Of a stretch of DNA of 64,000 nt, positions 20,001 to 28,905 are shown one piece after another. Each line of letters opens with the position of its first letter. Position 1 is the first letter of the stretch. The stretch is taken from IMG/VR virus record IMGVR_UViG_3300020079_000007, positions 1 to 64,000 of that record; one strand, written 5' to 3'. Both the position numbers and the translations under genes were made by a program. The notes beneath the pieces are model-generated. The model was not told where the DNA came from. It did not search any database and worked only from the letters and a program-made list of their open reading frames with translations. Source of the DNA: a virus. Taxonomy: Duplodnaviria > Caudoviricetes.

Positions 20001-23000
20001 GGTTGCGTTGCAAATAAGTATGCATAGTCTCTTGAGTAACCAAATAATGTTCTGTAAGAATTATACCAAGCGTTCTTAAATACGCTGCTTGAGTTGTTAG
20101 GCAAGTAAGACTCATAGTGTCTTGTTTGAACAATTCTCCAAGGTGCGTTAGGCTCTGAATGAAGTACATATCTTTTGAATGTTGTAAACTTCCATTCATA
20201 GTGCCAAGCTCTTTGACAAGGTGCATAATAAGAAACCTTTAAACGCCAACCCCACCAACTGCCTGTCCATTCCCAGTGATAGTACCAAGAGTAATTATAA
20301 TATCTGCTCCAATAGTAATTGTACCAACCGTGATTCCAACAGCCGTACCACCACCAATTTGATGTCAAGCCGAGTTCTTTATGGAACCATTGCCACCAAC
20401 CATAGCCTTCATAATGATATGGCTCGCCGTTTGAGTAATGTGATGGACGAACCCATCTCCAATCCCACCAACCCCAGTACCAATAATTCCAACCCCAGTG
20501 CCATTCAAGCTGTGCATAGAATTCAACATCGCTGTAAACTTTTACACGAAGGTATGCAGGAACTTCACCTGTGCTATGATGTCCTTTTTTAAGTCTTGCA
20601 AGACCTGCTGACCAAGATTGCTCATAAGCCTGTCTTTCACCATTTGCAACAGCTGAAACATTTGAACACCACTTTTCGTTTCCTTTGTAATAATAGTTAT
20701 CTTGACGATTTGGAAGTGATGGCCAAGTAATGTCGCCATCTGCATCGTGATTGAAGTTGTCAGGACATTTATCAATACGAGGAACGTTTCTTAAGAAAAT
20801 GTTGTTTTCCTGATAGTAAGATTGATATGATTTTGGTGAACGGTAATAAGAGTGAGGACCACCATAAAGTGTTGGGTTGTATTGAGGAACACCAACGCCA
20901 TTTGAGTTATCTACAAGTTTTTTATCAGTACCTAATAAGTATGCGTGTTCAGCGCCTTCGTCAAGAGCATCATTTGAACTTGCTGCCTTTGTTGCTCCAA
21001 GAGAGTCCTGAATTGTCCCGTAAGTATTCTTTTGGTCAACACTTCCGTCTCCATTTGCACCTGCTTTTGAAAGTGCAGAGTTCTTTGAAGAGTCCCTTTT
21101 ATTGAACATATTTAAGAATGTCAATGCACCTTTGAAAACTGAGCCTGGGCAGTACTTGTTACCACCTGAACCTTCTTCTGGGTCGTTGAAAGAATAACCT
21201 GTGTTCTGACCATTACCTGAAGCATCGTTACCGCCGACTATCATATCATAGCCGTCATAAGGCTCACCGTTTCCGCCGACTTGATAATTTATTAACTGAA
21301 CATCTTCGATTAAGTCTCTTTTATGATAAAGTCCAATACTTGTTTGTAAGAAAAGAATATCAATATCTGAGAAACCATCGTCTTCTGATGTGTATAATGC
21401 TTTCCAAATTTTACCACCATAGTTCCATTCTTTATAACCTGAAAGAGCAGCGCCTTCAAAGTCTTGGAACATCAATCTGTTCTGAACAGAGTCACCTCTT
21501 ATTCTTCCGTGATTGTCTTTTCCTTCCAAGTAATTACGCAAACCTGCTTTTGCAATTCTGTAATAATTAGGTACATAAGCAGTTGCACCATCAGGAGCAG
21601 TAATCTTATCAAGCCATCCTGACAAAGCAGTTGGGTCAGGATATAATGTATGCCATTGTGAATAAGGATATGCATTGATTATCCAAGACTTATGATTGTC
21701 TCCATATATTTTTGAGATGGCACAGTTGATAACACCCCAAGAGGCAGCTCTATCATCAGGCTGTCCGCTTGTTTCCCAACCATAATGATTTGGGTTATCT
21801 TTGTCCAAACGGTGAGTCAACATTATGATGTTAGGTAAAGTACTTTCAGTGTTTGTTACCAAACCTTCCTGAAGATACATTGAGATGTCCCACTCTGTAA
21901 GATATGTTGAAACGATACCCGACATACCTTCAAGAACCCACTGCAACATATTGATGTTATCGTTAATTGCCTTAAACCCAGGTGCACGATATGTAAAAGA
22001 AGAACGAGCAGCAAGTCCGTTGCTCATATCATAAGTATCATAATATTTATTTTCTTCGTTTTTAATTGCAAGTCGAGTGTCTTCAGCTTCAGTTACAGTT
22101 ACCTCTTTTCCATCTTTACGCAATTCTTCATTTTTTGCGTTAAGTTCTTCTTGTCTTTTGTTCTTTGCTTGCTCGAGGTAATCTTTCATTGTCATTGTAC
22201 TTACAGAAGATGTCTCACCTTGAGACTTTTTGTAATACAATTTACCATCAGTGCCTCTGTACTTAATACGCTGTCCTGATGCGTCAAGAAGATAGCCATT
22301 GTTATCAACTTCAAGGCCTGTCTCTTTATCATACTTTTTTGTACTTATACCTTTCCAAGAAGTTGGTTTTATATTTAATGGCGCGTAAGGAGGGAACCAA
22401 ATAACAGAATAATACTCTGACTTATCTTTAAGAGATGTGCCTTCCCATTCCTTATAATTAACTTTTGAATTGAAAAGTGCACGAGTTCTCAAACGGCCAA
22501 ATTCATCAGTCTGATTATTTACAGTCCCAGGCTTTGCTTTACCTGTAACTTCACCAAGACGATACTTTGCATCAGTTTCTCCTACAGGAGATATATACAT
22601 ATCATAAAAGTTTTGAATAACTTGTAAAGCTGCTTGAGTGTTTATTTGATTGTTGAGCTTTTCACCTGCATCATCGCCAAGAGATCTTAATGTCCAACCT
22701 TTGAGGTCAAGGTAAGAAGCAAGTTCTGCACTGTCTTCACCTGCTTTTTGCAAATTCAAAAATTCAGATAAAGTCCATTCGTTCTTACCGTTTGCAACCG
22801 CACCTGTGCCATTTGTATCAGTAATAGGAACATTTACATAATTTCCATACTGATCTTTTACTGTACTGAAGCGTGGATTTTTTCCCGCCGCATCATACAT
22901 CTTTTTGAAAAAGTTTTCGTTTACTACAGCCTTTTGTTCGATTGCACCTGTGAGAGATGTCCAATCTGTTGTGGTACCGTCAAAAAAAGTATCTAATCTC

Positions 23001-23005
23001 ATCAA
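17099..23005 (-). CDS. Very large putative virion protein with a Trp/Tyr-rich segment
   Basis: 1968-aa ORF, G/N/T-rich, preceded by a class III motif; no catalytic motif recognised. Confidence 0.7.
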   Translation of the reverse strand: MMRLDTFFDGTTTDWTSLTGAIEQKAVVNENFFKKMYDAAGKNPRFSTVKDQYGNYVNVPITDTNGTGAVANGKNEWTLSEFLNLQKAGEDSAELASYLDLKGWTLRSLGDDAGEKLNNQINTQAALQVIQNFYDMYISPVGETDAKYRLGEVTGKAKPGTVNNQTDEFGRLRTRALFNSKVNYKEWEGTSLKDKSEYYSVIWFPPYAPLNIKPTSWKGISTKKYDKETGLEVDNNGYLLDASGQRIKYRGTDGKLYYKKSQGETSSVSTMTMKDYLEQAKNKRQEELNAKNEELRKDGKEVTVTEAEDTRLAIKNEENKYYDTYDMSNGLAARSSFTYRAPGFKAINDNINMLQWVLEGMSGIVSTYLTEWDISMYLQEGLVTNTESTLPNIIMLTHRLDKDNPNHYGWETSGQPDDRAASWGVINCAISKIYGDNHKSWIINAYPYSQWHTLYPDPTALSGWLDKITAPDGATAYVPNYYRIAKAGLRNYLEGKDNHGRIRGDSVQNRLMFQDFEGAALSGYKEWNYGGKIWKALYTSEDDGFSDIDILFLQTSIGLYHKRDLIEDVQLINYQVGGNGEPYDGYDMIVGGNDASGNGQNTGYSFNDPEEGSGGNKYCPGSVFKGALTFLNMFNKRDSSKNSALSKAGANGDGSVDQKNTYGTIQDSLGATKAASSNDALDEGAEHAYLLGTDKKLVDNSNGVGVPQYNPTLYGGPHSYYRSPKSYQSYYQENNIFLRNVPRIDKCPDNFNHDADGDITWPSLPNRQDNYYYKGNEKWCSNVSAVANGERQAYEQSWSAGLARLKKGHHSTGEVPAYLRVKVYSDVEFYAQLEWHWGWNYWYWGWWDWRWVRPSHYSNGEPYHYEGYGWWQWFHKELGLTSNWWWYGCWNHGWYNYYWSRYYNYSWYYHWEWTGSWWGWRLKVSYYAPCQRAWHYEWKFTTFKRYVLHSEPNAPWRIVQTRHYESYLPNNSSSVFKNAWYNSYRTLFGYSRDYAYLFATQPNEDYELFVDGPQGGNYSQWSILNEATWQVLNVYQTNAEHNIMTSIVDWWGGMVGAHNKAFFLTRDEQGRPDCLFRAEIYHNQKPVYYFCLHSRTYSSNKRKYWWERHCGWKTYMSVKLYSTDRFWAGLSKPTFTNYGSVNNGEESIGVSSPPIDGKVTPETANNSILSVMGAGYTGTNCSETRKTPYDLITGISGREIPLFDTTIVRDGIVGSDRMIASYNGISGVGIIGDIPGLDFEADDGAEIYSNKCCSKQKAADMNGSSWMDVAFKNIRFPMWQISGWINKGEVTINGNTYRPEGNGFAIYREITPPNWWHAMILNMGLRNTFYRGDANGPLRVNFKVLQYGIDVEGKSFADALTHIESRGCTVQSAAGSFKIKASDIRTYTTVKRLVTLTKNGVECTENHDIVDTVYLKNAWSALKYYFTSFDIAPRFLYNILATQKGYLNFAKDFICGKDEHGQYIVSFDFIRKMIEGTAKSPGLISPRTYYLADPKKNYIADPNGDIIINEKTGSQSSLSDDGSLPAGCIKASWCEDIYGYNPWIKIAREWFCNSPSENQRLHDDLGLVLDQRKETILKVKRLLKPYLYMDMGSYSYNSMNTAWKSVNEFIDLKANEEPERFLLAYLNVLYEARRYFINKRCNKQDGTLWMCRHLEKMLPQVVGSAVASAGSIDMTAFQGKSSKIDVSFYEIQNTLAMKADVLKKQAAGSNAELEPDRIKTVYVKVQYVSYERYLACQEKLKDGTLKRTDERVVPVQPISFVKKRDGTFKNKANGDKLAADETWNENGWAIRNGKIKYAVKPEDGVYKLYSVEKHRDEDNAAKKLQNPNGPYITYGYDDAKWNIDWSKMAEDNQILFNYYGGVNTSALKDLTASGEKDPQALLCGAKQSADYWIVPVQSALPRAIGYRSQLSLEMITDGSIGMEGVSTKDNPVALVGASAYAMWPIIEDQTDIIPNNGDFAQIMSGLGA

Positions 23006-23016
23006 TGACCTCTATA

Positions 23017-23023
23017 ATTTAGT
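23017..23023 (-). promoter_or_regulatory. Class III (late-type) promoter motif ACTAA[A/T]T
   Basis: Present shortly upstream of starts at 11488, 13191, 17092, 23017, 24533, 33905, 36741, 38530, 52543, 52652, 53749, 58400 (-) and 36729, 39432, 40546, 50543 (+). Confidence 0.7.
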
Positions 23024-23030
23024 CTTATAT

Positions 23031-24527
23031 TTATTTTACACTGAAAGGACCTAAGAATGAAGCAAGGTCGTTAAGTTTTTGTTGAACACCTGTCTTATCT
23101 TCAGTATCAACTTCTTTAACTGCATTCTTTGTATTATCAACAACCTTTTTTGTGCTGTTAAGAACATTATTGATTTTACTCTTAATACCCTGTGGGAGAG
23201 CTTTTGACATAAGATTTTGAAGTCCCGCGCCAGTAACGCCTTCACCACCAAATAATTTTTGATTGAGTGCTTCTTTACCCTGATTCCAAGAATCCTCTTC
23301 TGCCCAAGACTTAACTTCATTTTTCCAGTTTTCAGCGCCTTGCTCAAACTCATCTTTATCAAATGCATCAGCAAGTTCTTTACCTAAAGCTTGTCCTTGA
23401 TTTGCAAAACTAATAACTGCTGACTTTGTTGAACTGATTGAACTTGAAATACCTGAAAGAACTTCATTTATTTGGTCAAGTACTGACTGTATTTGTTCTG
23501 TTTTACAATCAAGTTCCAACATATTCCAAAGCATTTGTAAAATTTCACCGATTGCTGAAATAAGTAAAGCTGCAATCTTTTCTGCTACCATTTGAATAAC
23601 TTGTCCTGCAGCAGGAGGGTTAATCCAACACTGAGCAGCGAAAGTAATCATCTTTACAATAGGAACAACAATTGTGAGAATTAAAAGAAGAACTTTCTTA
23701 AGAACATTTACAACTTTTAATATCGCAAGAATTGCAGATAATATAGGCAACTCTTTAGTGATACATTCGATAACTTCTTTTTCTCTTTCGGCAGCTGCAG
23801 CATCTCTGTTAGCGTTTGTTTCACCAACGGAATCATCTGCTGCCTCAGCGGCGCTTTTCTTTTTTGCTTCTCCGCCGCCACCTGCTCCGTCATTTTCATT
23901 ATCACTGTCATCGTCATCACCGTTTCCATCAGAATTAAGTGATGCATTGATACCTTTTTTCAAGTCATCAAGAAGATTACTTTGGTCGTCAAACTCTTCA
24001 TCGCCATCTTCATCGAAGTCATCACACCCAGGGTTATATAATTGTGTTAAGTCACCACCACCTCCTGGGAATGGCCCAGGCCCAGGCTGAGGAGGAGAGA
24101 CTGCAAGAACATTTATAAGAATACCTTCAAGTTCACCTATCAAAAAGTCAACCTGAGTATCAAGTCCACCACCTGGGAGCAATAAGTGAGAGTCAGTTGG
24201 GTCACCGCCCAAACTCAACTTCATCGCAAGTTCATTTGCGTTTACTTCAGGGTTTGGGTCAGGCCCTAAACCTGCGCCTGAGGACTCAGTTTTGAAATCA
24301 TCGTTATCAATCTTTTCAGGAACTTTATATTTTGGCAGAGATGTTGCCATCGCGTGAAGCTCACGAAGACGATTTGCAATCTTTTCCATAATTGCATCTT
24401 CTTCAAACTCCAGCTCTTCGAGATTAGTTTTTGAAATTTCTCTTTTTGGGTTTAAGTCAGAATCACCGAACTCATAGTCGGAACCCAAGTAACGGTCATA
24501 TACTTTTTTAAGAAATTCTTCTGCCAT
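23031..24527 (-). CDS. Putative virion protein (acidic/Pro-Gly linker and amphipathic helical region)
   Basis: 498-aa ORF with class III motif; adjacent to the large virion gene. Confidence 0.6.
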   Translation of the reverse strand: MAEEFLKKVYDRYLGSDYEFGDSDLNPKREISKTNLEELEFEEDAIMEKIANRLRELHAMATSLPKYKVPEKIDNDDFKTESSGAGLGPDPNPEVNANELAMKLSLGGDPTDSHLLLPGGGLDTQVDFLIGELEGILINVLAVSPPQPGPGPFPGGGGDLTQLYNPGCDDFDEDGDEEFDDQSNLLDDLKKGINASLNSDGNGDDDDSDNENDGAGGGGEAKKKSAAEAADDSVGETNANRDAAAAEREKEVIECITKELPILSAILAILKVVNVLKKVLLLILTIVVPIVKMITFAAQCWINPPAAGQVIQMVAEKIAALLISAIGEILQMLWNMLELDCKTEQIQSVLDQINEVLSGISSSISSTKSAVISFANQGQALGKELADAFDKDEFEQGAENWKNEVKSWAEEDSWNQGKEALNQKLFGGEGVTGAGLQNLMSKALPQGIKSKINNVLNSTKKVVDNTKNAVKEVDTEDKTGVQQKLNDLASFLGPFSVK

Positions 24528-24544
24528 AATAAAATTAGTCTTAA

Positions 24545-25243
24545 CTAAACGGCAGGAAGAAATTCATCTGTCAAATGAATAATAAGATCTTTTGCAGGAA
24601 CTTTTGGCCATACATTTGACATATCAAAGCCAATGCAACTTAACTTTTGCTTTGGGCACAATTCTTTAATGTAAGTCAATTCAAGGCCTTCATCTTTTAA
24701 GATTTTGTTTACTTTTTGATTTATAGGATTGTCGACTGCTCTCTGATATGATGTACCGTAATAATACTCAAATACTTCGTGAAGAACTGTTCTCCAACAA
24801 TTTTCAAAAAAGTAGTCCCAATTCATATCAAGAAAAGCATACTCATCGCATTTTAACTTTGTTTTTTCTAACAACTCTATAACGTATTCTCTTTCCTGAT
24901 TATCAAGACACTCAGGAGAATTTGGGTCCCATACATCTAATACAAATCCTAAAGGACTATTTTCTGCGATTGAACCAATTGCCTCGTGGAACACTAAAGG
25001 TATAACTTTGTACCCACTTTTTGCCATTCTTTTAACATCTTCATCAAACATTACAACCTGTGAGTTTTCGTCAAGGCCATTAAAATAAAGATTGAGCATC
25101 CAATCGTAAATAAGGTCAAGTTTATCTGGATTTTGTGTTAGGTAACAGCAGAACTCTGCAGTGTTTTCAATTCTTTTTTCAATTTTGTTTTCAGGAACAA
25201 AGTACTTTTTATACAAGTCCTTAATATAAGTTGTTGACATCAA
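24545..25243 (-). CDS. Hypothetical protein
   Basis: 232-aa ORF. Confidence 0.7.
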   Translation of the reverse strand: MMSTTYIKDLYKKYFVPENKIEKRIENTAEFCCYLTQNPDKLDLIYDWMLNLYFNGLDENSQVVMFDEDVKRMAKSGYKVIPLVFHEAIGSIAENSPLGFVLDVWDPNSPECLDNQEREYVIELLEKTKLKCDEYAFLDMNWDYFFENCWRTVLHEVFEYYYGTSYQRAVDNPINQKVNKILKDEGLELTYIKELCPKQKLSCIGFDMSNVWPKVPAKDLIIHLTDEFLPAV

Positions 25244-25511
25244 TTACCTCAAATCGATAGACGTTAGTATCGAAGATAGAGTTAATTACTAAATATCTTC
25301 TCAATTGTTTTATTATATTAACATCAGCGATTTTTATTGCTTGAAGTTTTGATTGTGACCAAGAGCATAAGCCTCTTTTTGAAGAGTCGTATCCCGCAAA
25401 ATAAAATCTTGTTTTTGTTTTCTTTTCTACAATTGCAAAATACATCTTATTTACCGTCATCACCAAAACACATTTCAACATAGTGTTTATGTGCTTTCCA
25501 ACCTTCCGCAA
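25221..25511 (-). CDS. Hypothetical protein (start probably near 25445)
   Basis: ORF in an operon-like run. Confidence 0.5.
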   Translation of the reverse strand: MRKVGKHINTMLKCVLVMTVNKMYFAIVEKKTKTRFYFAGYDSSKRGLCSWSQSKLQAIKIADVNIIKQLRRYLVINSIFDTNVYRFEVIDVNNLY

Positions 25512-25629
25512 AGATAAATCTTACAAGAGCTGCATTTACGACATTATATAATTCTTTATTTTTTAAAGAAAATTCGTCATAAGCAACCTCTACAGGTTTA
25601 TCATTTTGGTAGTCTTCTTTTTCAAGCAT
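25447..25629 (-). CDS. Hypothetical protein
   Basis: 60-aa ORF. Confidence 0.55.
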   Translation of the reverse strand: MLEKEDYQNDKPVEVAYDEFSLKNKELYNVVNAALVRFIFAEGWKAHKHYVEMCFGDDGK

Positions 25630-25649
25630 TGAGGTGTCCTTCTAAAAAA

Positions 25650-25916
25650 TTAGTAGGAAAACACCTTCTTATTTTCAACGGTTTTGTTAAGCCACTCTTC
25701 AAGAAAATCGATTTCAGTAACAAGAAATGTTGTAATTGCAACAGGAGAACATTTTTCTGTAAATGAAACAATAAGACGGTCAGCGTCAAAAGAGTCTTCA
25801 CTTATTTCAATCCAACAATCTTCGTCGTCATCGCGGTCATAAGACCAACTTTTAATTTCATTTTCAATGTCTGGGTTATAATGAAAGCCTTCTATTTTAA
25901 GTTTTGTCAAATCCAT
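25650..25916 (-). CDS. Hypothetical acidic protein
   Basis: 88 aa; SD GGAGG; class II motif upstream. Confidence 0.7.
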   Translation of the reverse strand: MDLTKLKIEGFHYNPDIENEIKSWSYDRDDDEDCWIEISEDSFDADRLIVSFTEKCSPVAITTFLVTEIDFLEEWLNKTVENKKVFSY

Positions 25917-25942
25917 AGTGAACCTCCATTTACAATATTAAC

Positions 25943-25966
25943 AAAAATGGCGGACCGAAGCCCGCC
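25943..25966 (-). terminator. Intrinsic terminator
   Basis: GGCGG...CCGCC stem with a U-tract on -. Confidence 0.6.
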
Positions 25967-25971
25967 TTATT

Positions 25972-27246
25972 TCATTTCATAAACTTGTTGAACCCACTTG
26001 GGATTGATTTCTTCGGCTTTGTTTTTGCTTCAGAACAGAAGTCTTGGTCAACATTCTGTGTTTCTGCAATGTTAAGTTTTCCTTCAAGGAACTTCTTAAC
26101 TTCATTACAGTAATACTGTGCTGTACATACAGGAACATTCTGACCAATCATACCCATCTTCTGTTTAGGTACTTCTGGGAAGTCATCAGGCAAAGCCATC
26201 AATCTCATACATTCACGGATTGAGTAGCCACGCTCTTCAACTGGGTGCCAAATACGACCCATAGAACGACCATACAAAGAAGGGAGCTTGTGTGTACCAA
26301 AGTAAAGTGGGGCGCCCGACATCCAACCTTTGCCCTGAGCTTTCTTTGAGATGAAGTAATCAATGTCATCTTTATCTTTTTGTCTGTCAAAGAACTGCTT
26401 TGCATAAGCAAGTTCACCACATTCATCAGCACAGAAGTCAGCAGCAGCATTGTGCTTTGCCCACTCTTCACGGTATTTGTCGCCCCACTTGTGCTTAAGA
26501 TACTTTATCCAACCATCATCGCCTGAGCGAACCTGACAAGCGCCTTGCTGTTTTGGCAAGTCACCAATAATGTCCATAATTGCAGGGATAGGAGCAGGTC
26601 CGTCATACTCAAGATAAGGAGCGTTGCTGTCCTTTACGCAAATCATAAATGTACGAGTTCTGTTCTGTGGGAGGCCGTGATGCAAAGTATTTACTTTTAC
26701 AAGGTTGACACCATAACCTGCTTCATTTGCCATTTTTGTAAGCTTTTCTTTAATGCCTGCTCCAAGAGGTGTTGCAAGTTTGTAAGCATTTTCAAAAATG
26801 TAAACTTTAGGCTTCAAGTATTTCAAAACATTTGAAAGCATACCCAACATATTGTTGTTCTGAACAGCATCAGAACCACGACCCATTTTTGAGTTGCTGC
26901 CTGACTGAGTATTTGCTGAAGAAAGTCCTGCACAGATAGGAACACCTACAACAACATCAAGATCCTTAAATTTAGGCATATCCCAATTCCAAACAACTTT
27001 CTCATTACCCTCTTCATCAACCTGAGGTTTGAAATCCTCAGCAAGAGAATAAGCTCCGCCGTTCAAATAAAAATGTTTAAGATTGTTGCCTTTTACCTCA
27101 TTCATATAATTGAGATATAATTCGGAATTCGCAACACCATCATAGTCAAGAACTGCAGTAGGTGGGCAGCCAAAAGCATTTTCTGCACCGATGGCGCAAC
27201 CACCGATAAGAGGCTGATAAGCAAGCCATCTAATATTTTTTGACAT
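25972..27246 (-). CDS. C5 DNA cytosine methyltransferase-like protein with atypical motif I
   Basis: Motif IV GVPICAGLS, VI IFENA, VIII LPQNRTR, IX RECMRLM, X IGQNVP; motif I reads YQPLIGG. Confidence 0.82.
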   Translation of the reverse strand: MSKNIRWLAYQPLIGGCAIGAENAFGCPPTAVLDYDGVANSELYLNYMNEVKGNNLKHFYLNGGAYSLAEDFKPQVDEEGNEKVVWNWDMPKFKDLDVVVGVPICAGLSSANTQSGSNSKMGRGSDAVQNNNMLGMLSNVLKYLKPKVYIFENAYKLATPLGAGIKEKLTKMANEAGYGVNLVKVNTLHHGLPQNRTRTFMICVKDSNAPYLEYDGPAPIPAIMDIIGDLPKQQGACQVRSGDDGWIKYLKHKWGDKYREEWAKHNAAADFCADECGELAYAKQFFDRQKDKDDIDYFISKKAQGKGWMSGAPLYFGTHKLPSLYGRSMGRIWHPVEERGYSIRECMRLMALPDDFPEVPKQKMGMIGQNVPVCTAQYYCNEVKKFLEGKLNIAETQNVDQDFCSEAKTKPKKSIPSGFNKFMK

Positions 27247-27293
27247 TAAATTAAATCCTCCAATAATCTAGTTTAAAAACACGAAAATGAACC

Positions 27294-27518
27294 CTAAGGC
27301 TCATCTGGGTGTATGATATAATAATCAGTTTCAGTGAATAATTCTCCGCACTCTTTAGGAAGTTCTTTGTCATTTATTGTGTAGCCAAAGCAACAAGTAG
27401 GAATTCTTTGTCCTTTTTGATTAGGCGGAGCAACTCTATACTTACAACGGCGGCAACCTTTAGGCTTATTGTCTTTTGTTGTCGCTGTGGTCTTTTTAGT
27501 TGTCTTTTTTGTCGGCAT
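27294..27518 (-). CDS. Small Cys-rich hypothetical protein
   Basis: 74 aa with CRRC..CC..C; class II motif 6 nt upstream. Confidence 0.6.
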   Translation of the reverse strand: MPTKKTTKKTTATTKDNKPKGCRRCKYRVAPPNQKGQRIPTCCFGYTINDKELPKECGELFTETDYYIIHPDEP

Positions 27519-27807
27519 AAATTGATATTAACATTTTATCTTCAACAGACGCGCAAACATTTTCCCAAGCATCTTCTGCTTCTTTTACAGTTTCATAAAC
27601 AGGTGTTGTCAAATTGCAACGCTTGCATCTGATGAAGTACTTTGTTTTATGATACAATTCATCTTCAATTGCGTTTGCGCCTGCAGTTGCATAGTTTCTT
27701 TCAATTGAACAGTTTGGACAATAAAAGCCACAGTTATTTGCTTTCGCTAACTGCTGCAGTATCTTTAGGTGCTTCTTCAATCTTTTCAAAAAATTCATTA
27801 AGATCAT
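27496..27807 (-). CDS. Zinc-ribbon protein resembling the Lar restriction-alleviation family (start uncertain)
   Basis: CPNC...IRCKRC...T...EAEDAW pattern. Confidence 0.5.
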   Translation of the reverse strand: MILMNFLKRLKKHLKILQQLAKANNCGFYCPNCSIERNYATAGANAIEDELYHKTKYFIRCKRCNLTTPVYETVKEAEDAWENVCASVEDKMLISIYADKKDN

Positions 27808-28333
27808 CTCCTATCTTTTCAAGTACTGTGTCAGAAAGAGGTACTTGTTCTTTATTCTTAATTGCGTCGCGGCTTGCCTGTAAAACTTTTATAAGGTAAT
27901 AACTTCTCTTAGGGCGAAAAAGGTCAATCACTGTTTGATTGTAAGTGTGATTTTTCAAATACTTTTCAACTTCTTTTAAGTTTTCATTATAATGCTTACA
28001 TTTTTCAAAAAGAGCGTCAATCTCAAGATCTTCTGCTTTAATTATTGCAGTAAGAAAGAACTGTGATCTTATATCGAGATTTTTATATTCGTCTTTGAAA
28101 AAACCAACCAAAGACTTAAACTCTTTTTGCATTCTTTCGCAGGCCATTGTTGTGTTTACAACAAAATACTTTTCGTAAGAAACAGTTTCACGCAATTCCT
28201 TATCAGAAAGTTTTGAAAGGTCAATCTTTTTCCTAACTATTCTAAATCTTGGGATAGGCCCACCTAAGCATATCCAATAAAAAACCATTGTAAAGAATGC
28301 AAATGCCAAAGCTGTGCTTAAAGGATCCATCAT
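27734..28333 (-). CDS. Hypothetical protein with N-terminal TM segment
   Basis: 199 aa; SD AGGAG. Confidence 0.7.
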   Translation of the reverse strand: MMDPLSTALAFAFFTMVFYWICLGGPIPRFRIVRKKIDLSKLSDKELRETVSYEKYFVVNTTMACERMQKEFKSLVGFFKDEYKNLDIRSQFFLTAIIKAEDLEIDALFEKCKHYNENLKEVEKYLKNHTYNQTVIDLFRPKRSYYLIKVLQASRDAIKNKEQVPLSDTVLEKIGDDLNEFFEKIEEAPKDTAAVSESK

Positions 28334-28342
28334 ATAAAGCTC

Positions 28343-28642
28343 CTAATATAAAGGTTCTTCTTTTTGGTCAATTTCAATTTGTTTAGCCAAGTCATCAAAG
28401 AATTTTATATCTTTGTACTTGTCATATATTTCCATACACTGTTCGATTGTAATTCTTACAAACCCAGGAAGCCAAGGAGAGCCGTCTCCTTTTTCACCTT
28501 TGCCGAAATGAATATTCCAACCGCCTGTACCGTCAGGTGATATTTCAACAACCCACTGCATTTTGCTTTTAAGGATTGAATTACCGTTCACCCACCAATT
28601 ATCATCAATTTTCATTAAGCTTATCCTCAAACTTTTGAGCAA
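28343..28642 (-). CDS. Hypothetical protein
   Basis: ORF in run; likely start near 28615. Confidence 0.6.
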   Translation of the reverse strand: MLKSLRISLMKIDDNWWVNGNSILKSKMQWVVEISPDGTGGWNIHFGKGEKGDGSPWLPGFVRITIEQCMEIYDKYKDIKFFDDLAKQIEIDQKEEPLY

Positions 28643-28874
28643 AAATTTTGATAGGTGTTACTACTGCAAGAACAGCTGTTATAATTGCAGACAATACACA
28701 TACTAAAGGAGCCATTCCGATATAAGGAAACCCAGCCCAAAAAGTGTATTTATATTTTTCTTCATCCCAAAAGAATTCTTTCATTACTTTTTTGATTGGG
28801 CTGAATTCTCCATAAGGCTCCATAAAAAGTCCGCAATCAATCCAAGTGAAAAATATAAATAAAAAATATGACAC
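28605..28874 (-). CDS. Hypothetical membrane protein
   Basis: Hydrophobic segments; start uncertain. Confidence 0.5.
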   Translation of the reverse strand: MSYFLFIFFTWIDCGLFMEPYGEFSPIKKVMKEFFWDEEKYKYTFWAGFPYIGMAPLVCVLSAIITAVLAVVTPIKIFAQKFEDKLNEN

Positions 28875-28905
28875 AGGTCATAAAAATAAACAAAAAACAA
28901 AAAAC

